Part shown: positions 27,651-38,275 of the stretch, one piece after another
How the letters are laid out: each line of letters opens with the position of its first letter
How positions within the stretch are numbered: the stretch's first letter is position 1
Made by a program: the position numbers and the translations under genes
Notes under the pieces: generated by a model
The model's database searches: none
What the model was told of the DNA's origin: nothing
The model's input: only the letters and a program-made list of their open reading frames with translations
DNA from: Minisyncoccota bacterium
GTDB lineage: Bacteria > Patescibacteriota > Minisyncoccia > Phycocordibacterales > UBA2100
Length of the DNA: 64,000 nucleotides
Assembly (NCBI GenBank): GCA_965267345.1
Contig: OZ253947.1
Coordinates: forward strand, 573,043-637,042
Direction: 5' to 3'

Positions 27651-30047
27651 TTAGGCAGTGGTGACCTTCTCCATTTCACCCCAGTTTTTGCCGCGCGATA
27701 CATCAACATCAAGCGGTACGCCTTTGCGCTGCTCGTCTGGCAATACCTCCTGCATGTACGAGCGGAGTGTCGGCGTGAGCGCAGCGACATGATCAGTGTG
27801 CACTTCGTAAATGAGCTCGTCGTGTACCTGCAGCACGAGCCGTGCGTGGTCGCGCAGTCCTGCTGCTGCAATGTGTTCGTCAATGCGAATCATGGCGAGT
27901 TTAATGATGTCGGCCGACGTACCCTGAATGGGAGCGTTAATTGCCATGCGCTCTGCTGCGGCGCGAATGTGCGGCAAGTGTGACGTAATGCCGTCAAAGT
28001 AGCGGCGGCGCCCGAAAAGCGTCTGCGTGTAGCCTAGGCGCGACGCGTCGGCTTTCGTGTGGTCGATCCACTGTGCGAGCCCCGTGTACGTGGCAAAGTA
28101 TGCGTCATAAAACGCGCGAGCCTCTTTTTGTGTTGTATCGGCACCAAGGTTTCCCCGCAACGCATTCACGCCCATGCCGTAGAGAATACCGAAGTTAATC
28201 ACTTTGGCTTTGCGGCGCATTTCTTTATCGACGGCATCAACTGAGACACCGAAGACATCAGCGGCAACTGCTGTGTGAATGTCGTGCCCCTGCTCAAATG
28301 CATGCATGAGTTTGGCATCTTCTGAGAGAATCGCGGCAATGCGCAACTCAATTTGCGAGTAGTCGAGTGCGACGAGCTCATGCCGCTTCTCAGCAACGAA
28401 CGCATTGCGGATGCGCCGCCCGTAGGCCGACTTAATTGGGATGTTTTGCAAGTTGGGATGCTGCGACGCCATACGCCCCGTCGTCGTGCCTGCCTGCAGG
28501 AATTCGGCATGCAGCCGTCCGTCGTCCCCCACAGCCGCCGGTAGCGCATCAACGTACGTCGATACCAATTTTTGCAGCTCACGATACGCGAGGATGTGTT
28601 CAATAATCGGATGTTCACCGCGAAGTTTCTCGAGCTCCGACTCGCGTGTACTGCGCTGCCCCGTGGCGGTTTTCTTTTGATTTTTCGGCTTCAGCTCCAA
28701 TGTATCAAAGAGCACTTCAGCAAGCTGTTTTGGTGAGTTGATATTAAATGTCGTACCCGCTGAAGCAAACACCTGCGTTTCGATGCGCTCCAGTTCGGTG
28801 TGGTACTCCTTTGAGAGTTTCGTGAGGTACGCGGTATCAAGTCCAACACCCGTCTCGTTCATACGCGCAACAACCGGAATCAGCGGCTCCTCAATCTCGG
28901 TGAAGACACGCTCGAGGTTGCGCTCTTTGAGTGTCGTGAACACCGCCGCACGCGCGTCGGCAAATCGTTTCGTGCCCGCAAACTGTAAAATATCGTCTTT
29001 GGTTGGCGAGGTGATGTCCGATCGAATGAGCCACAGCGCAATGGCGGTGCGTCGCACTTCCTCGTCACTCACGTCCTCTTCCTCTTCGTGCTGCTCGCTC
29101 ACTGCGTCCGTTTCAATGTTGAGCAGGCGCTTCAGTCGGTCGTGCAGCGTGCGAAACTCGAGATCGGCAAAGAGTGTCAGCACTGCATCAGGATCAATCG
29201 TCTCACGCCACACTGATTCGGGGATGGCGTAGTCGACAGGCGCGTCACGTCGCACGGTTGCGAGCATTTTTGAGAAAAAGGCCTCATCTTTCCCCTCTTG
29301 CAGCAAGCCAATGATACGTTTCTTGATCCCCTTCTCCTCAAATACTGCCGCGCCCTCAGATGCCTCAAGTGCCGCGTACATATCGTCCATGCCACCGAAT
29401 TGGGTGATGAGCTCTGTGGCACTCTTTTCGCCAATACCGCGAATGCCGGGTATGTTGTCTGACGGATCGCCGCACAGCCCCTTGTAGTCAGGCAGCAGCT
29501 CAGGCCCGAATCCAAATCGCGCCCGTACAGCGTCCTCGTCATAGAGCACGGTGTCCTGAATGCCTTTACGCAGCGTGTACACGAGCACGCGATCGTCATC
29601 TACCAACTGCAGTGTGTCCATGTCGCCTGAGGCAATAATGATGCGGAGCTGCTTCGTGTCTTTCAGCTGCTCCACAATCGTTGCCAGTACGTCGTCGGCT
29701 TCGAACCCGCGCGCATCGTACAGCGGCACACCAAATGCTTCGAAAACTGTGCGGCTCTTCTCAAGCTGGGTAACCAATTCGGGCTCGGATTTCTTTCGGC
29801 CGTCTTTATATTCGGCAAATACTTCGTGACGGTGCGTCGGCTCGGGCAGGTCGTAGCAGGCGGCAATGTAGTCAGGGTTGAGCTCCTGAATAATTTTCAT
29901 GAGCATCGTCGAGAGTCCAAAAAGCGCGCCGGTGGGTTCGCCCTTGCTCGAGGAGAAGTCAGGCAGTGCGTGGTAGGCACGATGAATGATGGCGTGTGCA
30001 TCAATGAGCACGAGTGTCCGTGGATCGTCCTTTTTCTTAGCCATCAT
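27651..30047 (-). CDS. polA: DNA polymerase I
   Basis: N-terminal 5'-3' exonuclease/FEN region (..LVLIDAHAIIHRAYHA..) and C-terminal family A polymerase motifs (..DYSQIELRIAA.., ..RRKAKVINFGILYG.., ..QVHDELIYE..). Start trimmed to MMAKKK. Confidence 0.9.
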   Translation of the reverse strand: MMAKKKDDPRTLVLIDAHAIIHRAYHALPDFSSSKGEPTGALFGLSTMLMKIIQELNPDYIAACYDLPEPTHRHEVFAEYKDGRKKSEPELVTQLEKSRTVFEAFGVPLYDARGFEADDVLATIVEQLKDTKQLRIIIASGDMDTLQLVDDDRVLVYTLRKGIQDTVLYDEDAVRARFGFGPELLPDYKGLCGDPSDNIPGIRGIGEKSATELITQFGGMDDMYAALEASEGAAVFEEKGIKKRIIGLLQEGKDEAFFSKMLATVRRDAPVDYAIPESVWRETIDPDAVLTLFADLEFRTLHDRLKRLLNIETDAVSEQHEEEEDVSDEEVRRTAIALWLIRSDITSPTKDDILQFAGTKRFADARAAVFTTLKERNLERVFTEIEEPLIPVVARMNETGVGLDTAYLTKLSKEYHTELERIETQVFASAGTTFNINSPKQLAEVLFDTLELKPKNQKKTATGQRSTRESELEKLRGEHPIIEHILAYRELQKLVSTYVDALPAAVGDDGRLHAEFLQAGTTTGRMASQHPNLQNIPIKSAYGRRIRNAFVAEKRHELVALDYSQIELRIAAILSEDAKLMHAFEQGHDIHTAVAADVFGVSVDAVDKEMRRKAKVINFGILYGMGVNALRGNLGADTTQKEARAFYDAYFATYTGLAQWIDHTKADASRLGYTQTLFGRRRYFDGITSHLPHIRAAAERMAINAPIQGTSADIIKLAMIRIDEHIAAAGLRDHARLVLQVHDELIYEVHTDHVAALTPTLRSYMQEVLPDEQRKGVPLDVDVSRGKNWGEMEKVTTA

Positions 30048-30477
30048 GGGAATATGCAATGCTACGTGTGTCGTCTCCACTATAGCCAAAATACACGTGC
30101 TGCGCATCCTCGGGGATCAATCCGGCAACATGTTCAGGCCACTCAATAACAATGAGCGTTTGTGGGTCGGCACATAGCGCCTCCCAGCCGAGTACCGCCA
30201 ACTCGCGGTCGGTTTCGAGACGATACGCATCAATGTGTATGAGATGAGCAAACGGCTGGTCAGTGAGCGTGTAGGCTTTCTGGATAATAAAGGTCGGGCT
30301 AATGACCGCCTCACGCACGCCAAGTGTCCGTGCCAGTGCCTGCACAAACGTGGTCTTCCCCGCCCCTAAGTCGCCGTGCAGTGCCACAACGGTCGCGTCG
30401 TCTCTGTGTGGCGTGAGCGAGCGAGCAAAACGCGCTGCTTCCTGTTGGAATGTCTCAAGTGTATATTTCTGCGCCAT
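30037..30477 (-). CDS. tsaE: tRNA threonylcarbamoyladenosine biosynthesis protein TsaE (P-loop ATPase YjeE)
   Basis: ..VVALHGDLGAGKTTFVQALAR.. Walker A and TsaE length. Confidence 0.8.
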   Translation of the reverse strand: MAQKYTLETFQQEAARFARSLTPHRDDATVVALHGDLGAGKTTFVQALARTLGVREAVISPTFIIQKAYTLTDQPFAHLIHIDAYRLETDRELAVLGWEALCADPQTLIVIEWPEHVAGLIPEDAQHVYFGYSGDDTRSIAYSHDG

Positions 30478-30526
30478 TAGCAGCTATTGTACACGTCTTC
30501 ATCTGTATGCACATGAGCGTGATAGA

Positions 30527-32239
30527 ATGGTGCCAATGGTTCAGTTTGATGACACCAAGCAGAACGAACGCCTCTCCGAACTGTACGAACAAGAAGAGGA
30601 AACGCTGGCACGCACCCTCTCGCAGAAGTACGGCGTTGAGTATGTGGACCTCACGCGCGTCTCGATCGACACTGATGCGCTGCGCCTCGTTACTGAAGAG
30701 CAGGCCCGAAAAGTTGAAATCGCACCGTTTCGCAAAATCGGCAAAAAGGTCTTTGTCGCTATGCGCGCGCCCAATCGCACCGACTCGCTCCAAGCCATTC
30801 AGGAAATTGAGCGCCTCGGCTACCAAACGCGTCTGTTTATGGTCTCAAGTGCCTCGTTGACGCATGCATGGGAACACTACGCCGATATTTCACGCGCCAC
30901 GGCCGCCGAAAGCGGCGTGCTGAACATCTCAACTGATGAAATTGCACGCATTCGCACTGAACTCAAACGCGTCGAAGACGTACAGGAAAACGTCGACGCC
31001 ACCATCAACAGCAAAAAAACGCACCGTGTGTCGCGCGTCCTTGAGGTACTCATCGGCGGCGGTTTGGCACTGTCAGCATCCGACATCCACATTGAGCCGG
31101 AAGAAGAAGCGGTACGGGTGCGCTTTCGCCTCGACGGTGTGCTGACCGACCTGCTCACCTTCGATCACGCTACAGCAAAGCTCCTGCTCTCACGCATTAA
31201 GCTGCTCTCCGGCCTGAAGTTGAATGTTAAAAATGCCGCCCAAGACGGCCGCTTTAGTGTTGATGTTGGCGACAGTGAGATTGAAATTCGTACCTCCATC
31301 ATTCCTGGAAACTACGGCGAAACTATCGTGCTTCGTCTGCTCGACCCATCAACCATCGGCCTGCCGCTCGAGGAGCTGGGTATGGACCCATTCCTGATGG
31401 AGCTCTTTCAAGCAGAGATCAAAAAGCCAAACGGCATGATTCTCAACACCGGTCCGACGGGTTCGGGTAAAACCACGACGCTCTACGCATTCCTACGGGC
31501 GGTGAACAAACCGGGTATCAAAATCATCACACTGGAAAACCCTGTCGAGTACCACCTCTCGGGCGTTGTGCAGACACAAGTTGAAAAAGACTACACTTTC
31601 GCCTCGGGGCTGCGCAGTATTTTGCGCCAAGATCCCGACATCATTATGGTGGGTGAGATCCGCGATCCGGAAGTGGCTTCCACAGCCGTGCACGCCGCCC
31701 TGACAGGACACCTCGTCTTCTCAACGCTGCACACCAACAACGCTGCGGGCACCTTCCCACGCCTCATCGACATTCAGGTGCAGCCGGAAATCATCGGATC
31801 AGCCCTCAATATGGCTATGGCACAGCGGCTCGTGCGCAAACTCTGTCAGGAGTGCAAGAAAAAGGTGCCGCTTGATGCAGCTGCCCGTACCCACGTCCAG
31901 CGGCTGCTCACTGATATCCCCCGCCCTGAGGACTTGCCGAAAAACAAAGATAGCATGTGGGTCCCCGTCGGCTGCGACGCCTGCGGTGGCTCAGGATTCA
32001 AGGGGCGCTTGGCAGTCTTTGAAGCTATTTTAATGGACGAAAACGTCGAAAAGGCAGTCCGCAACCGACCGAGTGAACTCGACATCTGGCGCGCCGCCCG
32101 CCCGCAGGGCATTCGTCGCCTCGCTGAAGACGGTATCGACAAAGTGCTCCGCGGTATCACCTCTCTTGATGAATTAGCACGTGTTGTCGACATTGAAGAC
32201 GAAGACATGCTCCGTATGAAAGGTGTGGATAACGTGTAG
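30527..32239 (+). CDS. pilB: type IV pilus assembly ATPase PilB (GspE family secretion ATPase)
   Basis: Walker A NTGPTGSGKTTT, Asp box, His box and a tetracysteine motif (CQEC..CDACGGSG). Confidence 0.85.
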   Translation: MVPMVQFDDTKQNERLSELYEQEEETLARTLSQKYGVEYVDLTRVSIDTDALRLVTEEQARKVEIAPFRKIGKKVFVAMRAPNRTDSLQAIQEIERLGYQTRLFMVSSASLTHAWEHYADISRATAAESGVLNISTDEIARIRTELKRVEDVQENVDATINSKKTHRVSRVLEVLIGGGLALSASDIHIEPEEEAVRVRFRLDGVLTDLLTFDHATAKLLLSRIKLLSGLKLNVKNAAQDGRFSVDVGDSEIEIRTSIIPGNYGETIVLRLLDPSTIGLPLEELGMDPFLMELFQAEIKKPNGMILNTGPTGSGKTTTLYAFLRAVNKPGIKIITLENPVEYHLSGVVQTQVEKDYTFASGLRSILRQDPDIIMVGEIRDPEVASTAVHAALTGHLVFSTLHTNNAAGTFPRLIDIQVQPEIIGSALNMAMAQRLVRKLCQECKKKVPLDAAARTHVQRLLTDIPRPEDLPKNKDSMWVPVGCDACGGSGFKGRLAVFEAILMDENVEKAVRNRPSELDIWRAARPQGIRRLAEDGIDKVLRGITSLDELARVVDIEDEDMLRMKGVDNV

Positions 32240-32333
32240 CGCGACGGTGTGAGCTTCGTATACTAGCAGTAGTGTCACGGTAGAACCACGGATCGGCCGT
32301 GGCCGCTCCTTGCATAAGGAGCTTAGTGTGTGA

Positions 32334-32366
32334 GAGAAAACGCGGCTGTTGGAGCCGCGTTTTCTC
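32334..32366 (+). terminator. intrinsic terminator GAGAAAACGCGGCT-gttgg-AGCCGCGTTTTCTC 3' of pilB
   Basis: Perfect 14-bp stem. Confidence 0.6.
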
Positions 32367-32504
32367 GTGCGTGGTCCCTGCGCACCACGCTCCCCACCCT
32401 GTCAAGTTTCAAAACGCGTCGTGCATGCTATGGTGGAGATGGCTACCGGTGTAGCAAAAACACCGAGAGCTGGTCTTCGGTGTTCTTTGTATTCGGGAAT
32501 ACTA

Positions 32505-32699
32505 TTCTCTAAACGACACCCCTCACTTCAAACGCCAGTATGGCGCTTGAAGCCAGCACAGATACTGTGCATTGGCGTTTCAAGTGAGGGGCCAAGAACG
32601 CATCTGAGGATAGGCGCAGCGTAAACCACGTCGTCCTCGAAGCGACTTGTGTTGGTGTGGACCTCAATCGTTTAGAGAATACTGTTCCCGAAATCGAAT
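32505..32699. repeat. 195-bp nested inverted-repeat element (MITE-like, or structured RNA)
   Basis: A 22-bp outer IR (GGGAATACTATTCTCTAAACGA / TCGTTTAGAGAATACTGTTCCC, 2 mismatches) encloses an 18-bp IR (CCCCTCACTTCAAACGCC / GGCGTTTCAAGTGAGGGG, 1 mismatch) and a 6-bp hairpin. It sits in the 500-bp pilB-ruvB spacer. Confidence 0.55.
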
Positions 32700-32745
32700 A
32701 TGTAAAATAACCTCAGTCGCAGAACACTACCACACATGCTTTTGT

Positions 32746-33741
32746 ATGTCAATAGATTCAAAGCCTCAACAAAGCGACGATGAGAACGTATCGTTTCTCG
32801 ATAAAACACTCCGTCCCAGCAAGTGGGACGAGTATATTGGTCAATCGCGCGTGAAAGAGAACCTGTTCATCCTCCTCTCAGCAGCTCGCGAGCGCGAACA
32901 ACCACCGGAACACATCCTCTTTTACGGCCCGCCGGGACTCGGCAAGACAACACTCGCCCACCTCATCGCCCACGAGTCGGGCAGTCAGATTCGCATCACG
33001 TCAGGACCGGCCATTGAGCGTGTGGGAGACCTTGCCTCAATTCTCACGAACCTCGGCGAACGCGACATTCTCTTCATCGACGAGATCCACCGCTTAAACA
33101 AAAACATCGAAGAGGTCCTCTACCCTGCTATGGAGTCGGGCGTCCTCGACATAATTATCGGCAAAGGACCATCGGCGCGCACCATTCAGCTCGAGCTCCC
33201 GCCGTTTACCCTCATTGCCGCCACTACGCAGGTGTCGGGCATCTCGAGCCCGCTGCGGAGTCGTTTCTCGGGCGGCACCTTCCGCCTCGACTACTACACC
33301 GATGATGAGATTCGCGACATTCTCCGCCGCTCCGCCGCCATTTTAGGCGTCACGATAGAAGACGAGGCGCTCGAGGAAGTGGCAAAGCGCAGCCGCTTCA
33401 CGCCGCGTACCGCAAACTTCCTGCTGAAACGCTGCCGCGACTTCGCCCAAGTGCATAAAGGCAAACTCGACAAAGCAACCGTCAACAAAGCACTCGAGCT
33501 GCTCGATATTGACGAGCTCGGGCTCAATCATAGCGATCGCGAGATCCTGCGTACCATTATCGAAAAATTCAACGGCGGCCCTGTCGGACTCAAGACACTC
33601 GCCGCAGCGGTTTCAGAAGAACAGAGCACGATCGAAGACGTACACGAGCCGTACCTCATGCAACTCGGCCTGCTCGAGCGCACACCACGCGGTCGCGTGG
33701 CGACGCCACGCGCCTACGATCACCTTGGTCTGAGAGTTTAG
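32746..33741 (+). CDS. ruvB: Holliday junction DNA helicase RuvB
   Basis: AAA+ domain with [11 protein letters not shown] Walker A, sensor motifs and a C-terminal winged helix. Start trimmed to MSIDSKPQQ. Confidence 0.9.
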   Translation: MSIDSKPQQSDDENVSFLDKTLRPSKWDEYIGQSRVKENLFILLSAAREREQPPEHILFYGPPGLGKTTLAHLIAHESGSQIRITSGPAIERVGDLASILTNLGERDILFIDEIHRLNKNIEEVLYPAMESGVLDIIIGKGPSARTIQLELPPFTLIAATTQVSGISSPLRSRFSGGTFRLDYYTDDEIRDILRRSAAILGVTIEDEALEEVAKRSRFTPRTANFLLKRCRDFAQVHKGKLDKATVNKALELLDIDELGLNHSDREILRTIIEKFNGGPVGLKTLAAAVSEEQSTIEDVHEPYLMQLGLLERTPRGRVATPRAYDHLGLRV

Positions 33742-35606
33742 TTTGCGTCCTCGCCCTCCTCTTCATCGAGAACGTTTCGTGAAGTAAAGAAGTCGGCAAA
33801 GGCGCCAACTGCCTTGCGGGTCGTTTCTGTCACTGAGTCGATAAACCACGAGACAAAGTTCACGCCGTCAGTGCCTTCGTAGCGTGGTGTCTCTTCCGCG
33901 TCGCGAGCAGCAAGTGCGCCGAGTGTTGAGGTAGCACGCGTTGCCGGTGCCGGACTGGGGCGCACCCATCCGTCATAGACAGCAATGAAGTGTTCGATGG
34001 CTGTTTCGGGCAGCACGCGCTTGTCGAGCTCGGCAACAAAGGTGTCGCGCTCCACTTCTTTTGCCCGCTCCTCGCGACGTTCCTGACATGAAGCACTCGT
34101 CTCATTGACCCGACAGAAGACGGCATTTTTTGCGCGCTTCCCTTCTTCTTCAGCAACGCGCAGTGCGCGAATCGCCTCGTCTTCTACAATGAGATCCTGC
34201 AGACGGCCGAACGACTCGTTCTCGGTGTCGACACTCGTGCTTGGACCGCCAACGCGTGAGAGCGTGTAGGCAAACTGTTCTACGCGCGCGGCATTCTGTG
34301 GTACATCCATCGCCGCATCACTGGCAATCTCCTGAATTGAGCGATAGGTGCTGTTGGGTAGTGCCCCAACAGTGATGTCGCGCTGTGCTCGTGGCGCATC
34401 ATTGTAGACAACGACTGGCTGTGTGTAGGTTTGTCCTTGTGGTGTCTGACGATAGTTTGCATCAGCTGCATCACTGCCGTATAACCCGTCATTTACGCGC
34501 TGCGTTGCAATTGAGCGCACAAAGTTTCGCAATGGATCACCAACAAACTCCTGCACCAGACTACGTGCATTTCCTACTTGTTGGTTTGTCCTTAGACTTT
34601 CAAAAGCCGAATTCTGCTGCACTGAACTTCCTTGTGTTTGCAACGCAATCGCTCCTCCTTGCACTGGATTTACTGTAACACCAGATGAAACAGGAGTGAC
34701 CGGAAATCCTGAGTTTGAGTTTCGTACCAGACTTGGATTTACTGCAACAGATGTTCCGGTTACACCATGCACTTCGGTGGTTGGAACGGAGTTGGTCGAT
34801 GGAGCAGCTGAAGTATTCGAGCTGGTCACCTGAGTTGGAACGGAGTTGGTCGATGGAGGGTTTGCACTAGTAGTTTGTGTAACTTGAGTTTCGAAAGCTG
34901 CACTCCCTCCAGTTACCGACCCTCCTCCTGAGCCACCTTGTGGAGCAGGTGTATTTAGAGCGATACCCCCAGTGCCAACGCTACCTGTAGGGCACGGAAG
35001 GTCCCCACCAGTAGCTAAAATGGCCGAGGCAACGACGTAATATTTAAGGCGCCCCCAGAAGGTGTCGCTATCGATTCCAAATTTATCCTCAAGAAAGACG
35101 CAAGGCTCGAGTATGCGAGTACCATCATCCTCAAACAGTGGGTCATTTTTATATCGAATATCCTCCCTATTGTTGCCACATATATACGCCGTTTTGCCAT
35201 CATTTGTTTGCCATTGAATTTTATCTTCTGCCCCACAACCTTCATTCAAATCACTTATTGAACACTCGTACACGCACTGGTCAACACTGACTGTTTGCAC
35301 GCATGCATATTCATAGTTTGGATACCTCTCGCGAAATGGTCGGCACGCAGCCTCGCACTTAGCCTCACTGTCTTTTGCAGAACAGGTCTCGCTTACCTCA
35401 AACGGAAGAGCAGGGCTATAGTTAAGCTCTCCTTGACTACTACCTCCTAAATTCCGAAGACGATCGGAAGCGCTCGACGCTTGAGCAACTTGTGCCTCCG
35501 TCGCCCTTTCATGCAAGGCGACCGAAGAATTTGAAGTGAGGAAGATCCCCCCTATAATCAGGGTAATAACGCCCAGAAGCACAGAAACCGAATAGATTTT
35601 GTCCAT
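33738..35606 (-). CDS. large anchored/secreted hypothetical protein (Cys-rich N-terminal region, Ser/Thr-rich repeat region)
   Basis: N-terminal TM helix after [12 protein letters not shown]. Contains tandem 24-bp repeats (GTTGGAACGGAGTTGGTCGATGGAG x2 at about 34780-34862). Confidence 0.5.
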   Translation of the reverse strand: MDKIYSVSVLLGVITLIIGGIFLTSNSSVALHERATEAQVAQASSASDRLRNLGGSSQGELNYSPALPFEVSETCSAKDSEAKCEAACRPFRERYPNYEYACVQTVSVDQCVYECSISDLNEGCGAEDKIQWQTNDGKTAYICGNNREDIRYKNDPLFEDDGTRILEPCVFLEDKFGIDSDTFWGRLKYYVVASAILATGGDLPCPTGSVGTGGIALNTPAPQGGSGGGSVTGGSAAFETQVTQTTSANPPSTNSVPTQVTSSNTSAAPSTNSVPTTEVHGVTGTSVAVNPSLVRNSNSGFPVTPVSSGVTVNPVQGGAIALQTQGSSVQQNSAFESLRTNQQVGNARSLVQEFVGDPLRNFVRSIATQRVNDGLYGSDAADANYRQTPQGQTYTQPVVVYNDAPRAQRDITVGALPNSTYRSIQEIASDAAMDVPQNAARVEQFAYTLSRVGGPSTSVDTENESFGRLQDLIVEDEAIRALRVAEEEGKRAKNAVFCRVNETSASCQERREERAKEVERDTFVAELDKRVLPETAIEHFIAVYDGWVRPSPAPATRATSTLGALAARDAEETPRYEGTDGVNFVSWFIDSVTETTRKAVGAFADFFTSRNVLDEEEGEDAN

Positions 35607-35842
35607 ACAGTCTATGGTACCGCACCTGCCAGTAGTTAGTTTAGTAGCCTGCCGCGCATTGGGGATATGCATTGACACATTCTGAGTTTAATGTAATATT
35701 ACGACAATACATTAAAATACACTTGTCAATACCCAAGGGTGCCGAGACATGTGTCCCCAACATTGTTTTCTGGTGGCTACATGTCTCCGCACCCCAAAGC
35801 CACACTGGTGATGGGCGGCGGAGAAAGCTCACGGAGGCTTGC

Positions 35843-36127
35843 ATGAAGATTGCAAATATCCTAGCGGTCGCGGTGGTAATGACAGCCTTCGCGATCCCTG
35901 CGACGCAAGCAGGAGAAGTCCAAGAGTCTCTCGAGGACGACTTCGGTGAGTACGGGTGGTGGAAGTACAATCTCTGCCCCTCGGCCTCCGAAGAGATGCG
36001 CGTGGTGTACGTGGTCACTAATACTGGGACAAAAGATCCCTCTGGGATGCCCGAGTACAAAGTGACCCGCCTCATCCCCGAATGCAGTCCTACTGGGCAG
36101 AATCAGGTTTCTTCGATTGCGCAGTAA
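35843..36127 (+). CDS. small secreted Cys-containing protein A (hypothetical)
   Basis: 94 aa with Sec signal peptide MKIANILAVAVVMTAFAIPATQA. GGAGG Shine-Dalgarno 5 nt upstream. A TTGACA-16-TAATAT promoter lies at 35672-35699. Confidence 0.55.
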   Translation: MKIANILAVAVVMTAFAIPATQAGEVQESLEDDFGEYGWWKYNLCPSASEEMRVVYVVTNTGTKDPSGMPEYKVTRLIPECSPTGQNQVSSIAQ

Positions 36128-36132
36128 CGCAG

Positions 36133-36176
36133 AGACGGGAGGACTGGATTTCGATCCGGCCCTCCCGTCTTTTTTA
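36133..36176 (+). terminator. intrinsic terminator H1: AGACGGGAGG-18 nt loop-CCTCCCGTCT-TTTTTT
   Basis: 10-bp stem plus T6, 3' of gene A. The loop contains a GGAT-TTCG-ATCC mini-hairpin. Confidence 0.7.
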
Positions 36177-36378
36177 TATTACTAAAAAAGAAACTGGCGC
36201 GGTAAGATGGTTGAGATTGACTTCTTGAGTGTATATAGTTCATTATGAGCATAAAAAAACAAAATAGTGCACGCGTCAATGGTTGATGCGCGGATGTGTG
36301 AATACCTACGTGTCTACTCACCCTCGCATTAACGCAAACCAGCGCCGCCGCGAGGGGCGGCCAAATGGAGGCCTCACA

Positions 36379-36678
36379 ATGAAGGGGTTCATCCTTGTTC
36401 TTCTGTGCATCGCGGCGGCCTTCGCGTCGCCCCTATCCACTCCGGCACATGCTGAGGAGAAGGAAGCGGCGGTGTTTTCGTACACCATTGAGGTCATCGG
36501 AGAAAGGATCGTCCTCGTCGTCGCTAAGACTGGCGAAGTGGCGGCATCCTGTCCGATTACCCAGAAGCTGGTTCCCTACAACCTCACCTGTAGCAAACTT
36601 GGAAAGGGCAACGAATGCAAAGACCCGTCCTTCAGGGTGGGCTGTGCTCCGAAAGAGCTGCACGTGCCGCAGAGGTAA
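36379..36678 (+). CDS. small secreted Cys-containing protein B (hypothetical; weak similarity to A)
   Basis: 99 aa with signal peptide MKGFILVLLCIAAAFASPLSTPAHA. GGAGG Shine-Dalgarno. Followed by a terminator at about 36690-36720. Confidence 0.55.
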   Translation: MKGFILVLLCIAAAFASPLSTPAHAEEKEAAVFSYTIEVIGERIVLVVAKTGEVAASCPITQKLVPYNLTCSKLGKGNECKDPSFRVGCAPKELHVPQR

Positions 36679-36748
36679 CAACAGCCGGCGGCGCGAAGGA
36701 AATCTGGTTTCCTTCGCGCCGTTCTATTTTATTTTTGTATCCCCGCTT

Positions 36749-37501
36749 CTACCTTTTACGCGCCACAATAATCAGACGAGGCGATTCTGGAGCGTACGCT
36801 TCTCCTTCAAAGTTTCCGAATACCTTTTCCACCGAACAGCCATACCGATCTAGCATGTCGTGCAGCTCTGGGAAAAAGTAGTGTCTCCAGGAACCCGTTT
36901 TTTCTCTTGGTTGTCCGCTTTTTACGTATCGATACGTAAGTGTATGCTGCATAGTGACTGGATCAAGCATTTGTTCAGCCTCAAACGAATCGTAGACATC
37001 CACCTGCCGCCACTGTGTGTTTGAAAACGCCACCACATCGCGCACGGGATTACGCACATCGATAACAACTTTTCCGCCCTCACGAACGCTGGTGCATATA
37101 TTTGCCACGACACGTTCGTTTTCTGCGTTCGTTCGAAAATATCCGAGTGACGAAAACAGATTAAGCGCTGCATCAAACGCACCCTCTTTTGCATACTCGC
37201 GCATGTCCGCCGTTTCGTACGAAAGGCGTTTTTGCACGTCACTGGGTAGAAGCTCTTTGGAATGATTCGCTCTTTGCAGCATACTCTCAGACGCATCAAT
37301 TCCGTGCACCATATACCCAGCCTTGGCAAGGAGCTCGTCGTGACGCCCATACCCACACGGCATATCTAAAATATGCTGCGTTGTAGCATCAAACACGTGA
37401 TCTATTAAAAAAGAAACTTGTTTCTGGGTGCGTTCGGCAGTTAAATTCCCCTCATAGAGAGAAAAATAATCTTCATCAAAATACTCTTCAGTCCAGTGCA
37501 T
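36749..37501 (-). CDS. class I SAM-dependent methyltransferase
   Basis: Rossmann SAM motif ..ILDMPCGYGRH.. and ..GGKVVIDV.. Confidence 0.75.
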   Translation of the reverse strand: MHWTEEYFDEDYFSLYEGNLTAERTQKQVSFLIDHVFDATTQHILDMPCGYGRHDELLAKAGYMVHGIDASESMLQRANHSKELLPSDVQKRLSYETADMREYAKEGAFDAALNLFSSLGYFRTNAENERVVANICTSVREGGKVVIDVRNPVRDVVAFSNTQWRQVDVYDSFEAEQMLDPVTMQHTLTYRYVKSGQPREKTGSWRHYFFPELHDMLDRYGCSVEKVFGNFEGEAYAPESPRLIIVARKR

Positions 37502-37658
37502 ACATCTACATAATGGAGCATATCATGCTGTGGGTTATGACTCACCTTTTCGTTCTTGCCCCTCAGTGTTTATAGTGTTGACACAGTCAACGGTGAGCGT
37601 ATCGTGATACTACCTACCCCACTGGTGGGATGGGAGACGTACAACAGAGGAGGTTTGC

Positions 37659-38189
37659 ATGAAAACTGCAAGCATTCTAATGGTCACTGTTGTCGCCTTA
37701 TGTACCTCGCTCTTTGAAACGTCCGCAGCGTACTCGCAGACTACCGAAAGGCTCGAGGATCTGAATACAATGCCTCGGTATGTGCAGGAGGCGTTCGCCT
37801 TCCTGCGCAAAAACGACCACGAGTCGAACGAGTGTCGCAGTTTCGAGTTGCACACATGGCCCCGCAACGTGCAAAACACACCTCATGGCGCCATGTACGA
37901 CCGCGCTTTTCGGCTCTATGCGACGTACGACGGGGTGCAGAAAGATGTGCCCAACATACCGAACCCCCTTCGCTTCGCTGCAGCAAGGGCACACCGCCAA
38001 GCAGTCGAGGAGGGTCTCTGTTCTCGGTATCGGCTCGTGCGCATGTATGTTTCAGGGTCGAGCTTCACACTCTCGTGCGATGAAACTCCCCCTGAAGTGA
38101 TCCAAAGCTTCAACACGTGGGAACCGCGGGATGACGAAGACGAGGCCGCCGAAACGCCCATGTGGACGGATCGGCTTCCTACACAGTGA
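37659..38189 (+). CDS. secreted Cys-containing protein C (hypothetical)
   Basis: 176 aa with signal peptide MKTASILMVTVVALCTSLFETSAA. Strong GAGGAGG Shine-Dalgarno. Confidence 0.6.
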   Translation: MKTASILMVTVVALCTSLFETSAAYSQTTERLEDLNTMPRYVQEAFAFLRKNDHESNECRSFELHTWPRNVQNTPHGAMYDRAFRLYATYDGVQKDVPNIPNPLRFAAARAHRQAVEEGLCSRYRLVRMYVSGSSFTLSCDETPPEVIQSFNTWEPRDDEDEAAETPMWTDRLPTQ

Positions 38190-38275
38190 CCAGCAACGGC
38201 GTGGAGAGATACATTCTCTCCACGCTGTTCTAGTGTTTAATGAATGTCTATTTCTTCGCTTGCGCGGCAGCGCAG

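Noticed and set aside
32505-32699. tmRNA, 6S RNA or RNase P RNA in the pilB-ruvB spacer
   Set aside because: No tRNA-like T-arm (GGTTCGAAT) or tag-peptide reading frame. No RNase P P4/CR motifs. The stem architecture does not match 6S central-bubble geometry. Kept as an unknown IR element instead.
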